Of a DNA stretch of 64,000 bases, positions 62,556 through 64,000 are shown piece by piece. Source of the DNA: Felis catus (taxonomy: Eukaryota). Positions within the stretch are counted from its first letter, which is position 1. Each line of letters opens with the position of its first letter. The notes beneath the pieces were generated by a model. It did not search any database. It was given only the letters and a program-made list of their open reading frames with translations, and was not told the origin of the DNA. Made by a program: the position numbers and the translations under genes. The stretch covers positions 81,408,001 to 81,472,000 of the forward strand of contig NC_058368.1 in NCBI RefSeq assembly GCF_018350175.1. Direction: 5' to 3'.

Positions 62556-64000
62556 AAAAAGTCAACGCATGTCTGCGGAGAAGAAGCAGTCCCGGGAAAC
62601 AGCTCCCCCTACACAGCACCTAGGTGCTAATGAGATCAGACCCCAAGTGGGAGGGCATTTACACCCCTGAGATAATTCCCTGAAATAGAGCTCTGTCAGC
62701 AGCTTTGGCGGATTCACCCTTGTAGCTCGGCCCTGCTCCTTGTCGGCTCAGTGTGCAAGACCTTCCTTGCCCTCGTCTCCTTCTGTCCTTGTTGGATGCG
62801 CAGGAAGCCCCTACAAGCACCATTTTGCAGCCAAGCCCACGGAGGCATTCCTAGACTCTGTGTCATGACAGCACATCAAGAGAGCTTGGGGGGAGGGTCC
62901 CCGTGAAGCAAAGTCATTTTGTGCTACCACAGCGAGGAGGCGTCCCTGTCAGCATGGGCATGCAACACCAGGAATGGTCACGGTGACGCGTTTCTGCTGA
63001 TTATGCAGACACCTCCCCCACAGACTCGGGGCCTGAACACACCCCTCCCCCAATATCAGCCAAATCCTCTCTGCCAGTCTGGCACTTGGACCACTTGGAC
63101 CACTTCAACAGTTTTCTAGATGTGTTCCCCTCAAATAGGTGTTGTGGCCACAGGGAACAATCAGGATGGGCTCCAGATCAGTGGGAGAGTGTAGGCTATC
63201 TTAGCAAAACCCGCCTCAATGGGGCCTGTCGCCTACACCCATAGGTCATATGTCAGCACTGTGTCAGCTGGACACAGCCCGGGCACGGTCCTCACCGGGA
63301 CACTCTTACACGCGTGGGGTTGCACACCCTTTCCGCACCAGAATCTGAGTCCTCTGTTGAAGCAAAAAATGTATGAAACCGGAAGCAAGACAAATAGGAA
63401 GTAGGATTTGGAAGGTGCCCAGCTTGGCCCTTACTGGGCAGGAAGACACTAAGTCAGAAGCTTTGCACTTTGTTAGAGGGATGGCAGGGAATAGCATTGT
63501 TCAGTGTGGGAGATGCTTGTGTCAACACAACTGTCATGTGCGCTCAGGCCATTAGTAATTATTGGTGGGTGTGATGACATTTACTTCCCCACACGGCCTG
63601 TTCATCAGGACGATGATAATTGGCTCCCATACAATAAGGGAACATTATAGCCTGGATGGGGAGGACATACGCATTCAGAATCTGGACTTGGTTGTCTAAG
63701 AGAGGGAAAAGCCAGGAGGAGACACTCCTCGTAGAATTACAGGGCACGAGAGACAGGCATGTCTGCGGAAGGACACGTCTCAGAGGAGGGAGAATCCTCC
63801 TGTGTCCGCAGGGAATCAGCTAAGATGGGGCGAATGGGGTCCCCAGATGGGAGGGGCTCACCTTCCTTGTCTGTGTGAAGCTTCTCAGAGGCCTCGCACG
63901 TGTTAACACACAGCGTGTTCAAGAGAAGAAAATAGAAATAGAATGAGTGCTCCCCAATAATTTGACCTCACAACCTTGCATTGATGAGGACGTCCTGGTG

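Overview
Mammalian genomic DNA from a carnivoran, most likely a felid, judged by about 22 tRNA-derived CanSINEs with feline SINEC_Fc-type bodies. I recognise no protein-coding exon, RNA gene, CRISPR array or prokaryote-style system, so the window reads as intergenic or intronic. It is a GC-rich mosaic of CanSINEs (most with readable TSDs), about ten MaLR (MLT1) LTRs, one ERV-L fossil (MLT2-type LTR, PPT, decayed integrase and dUTPase), carnivore and older L1 fragments, MIR, L2 and MER20 relics, three ~20-22 bp minisatellites and several microsatellites. A few repeat-free, motif-dense blocks could be enhancers. The most notable structures are a twin-primed (5'-inverted) L1, two SINEs that look like SINE-SINE recombination chimeras, sharp CpG-gain patches inside ancient repeats, a templated hairpin insertion, and a 38-bp direct repeat bracketing a minisatellite. 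I found no convincing undescribed biological system. Subfamily names come from remembered consensus sequences and need RepeatMasker/Dfam confirmation.
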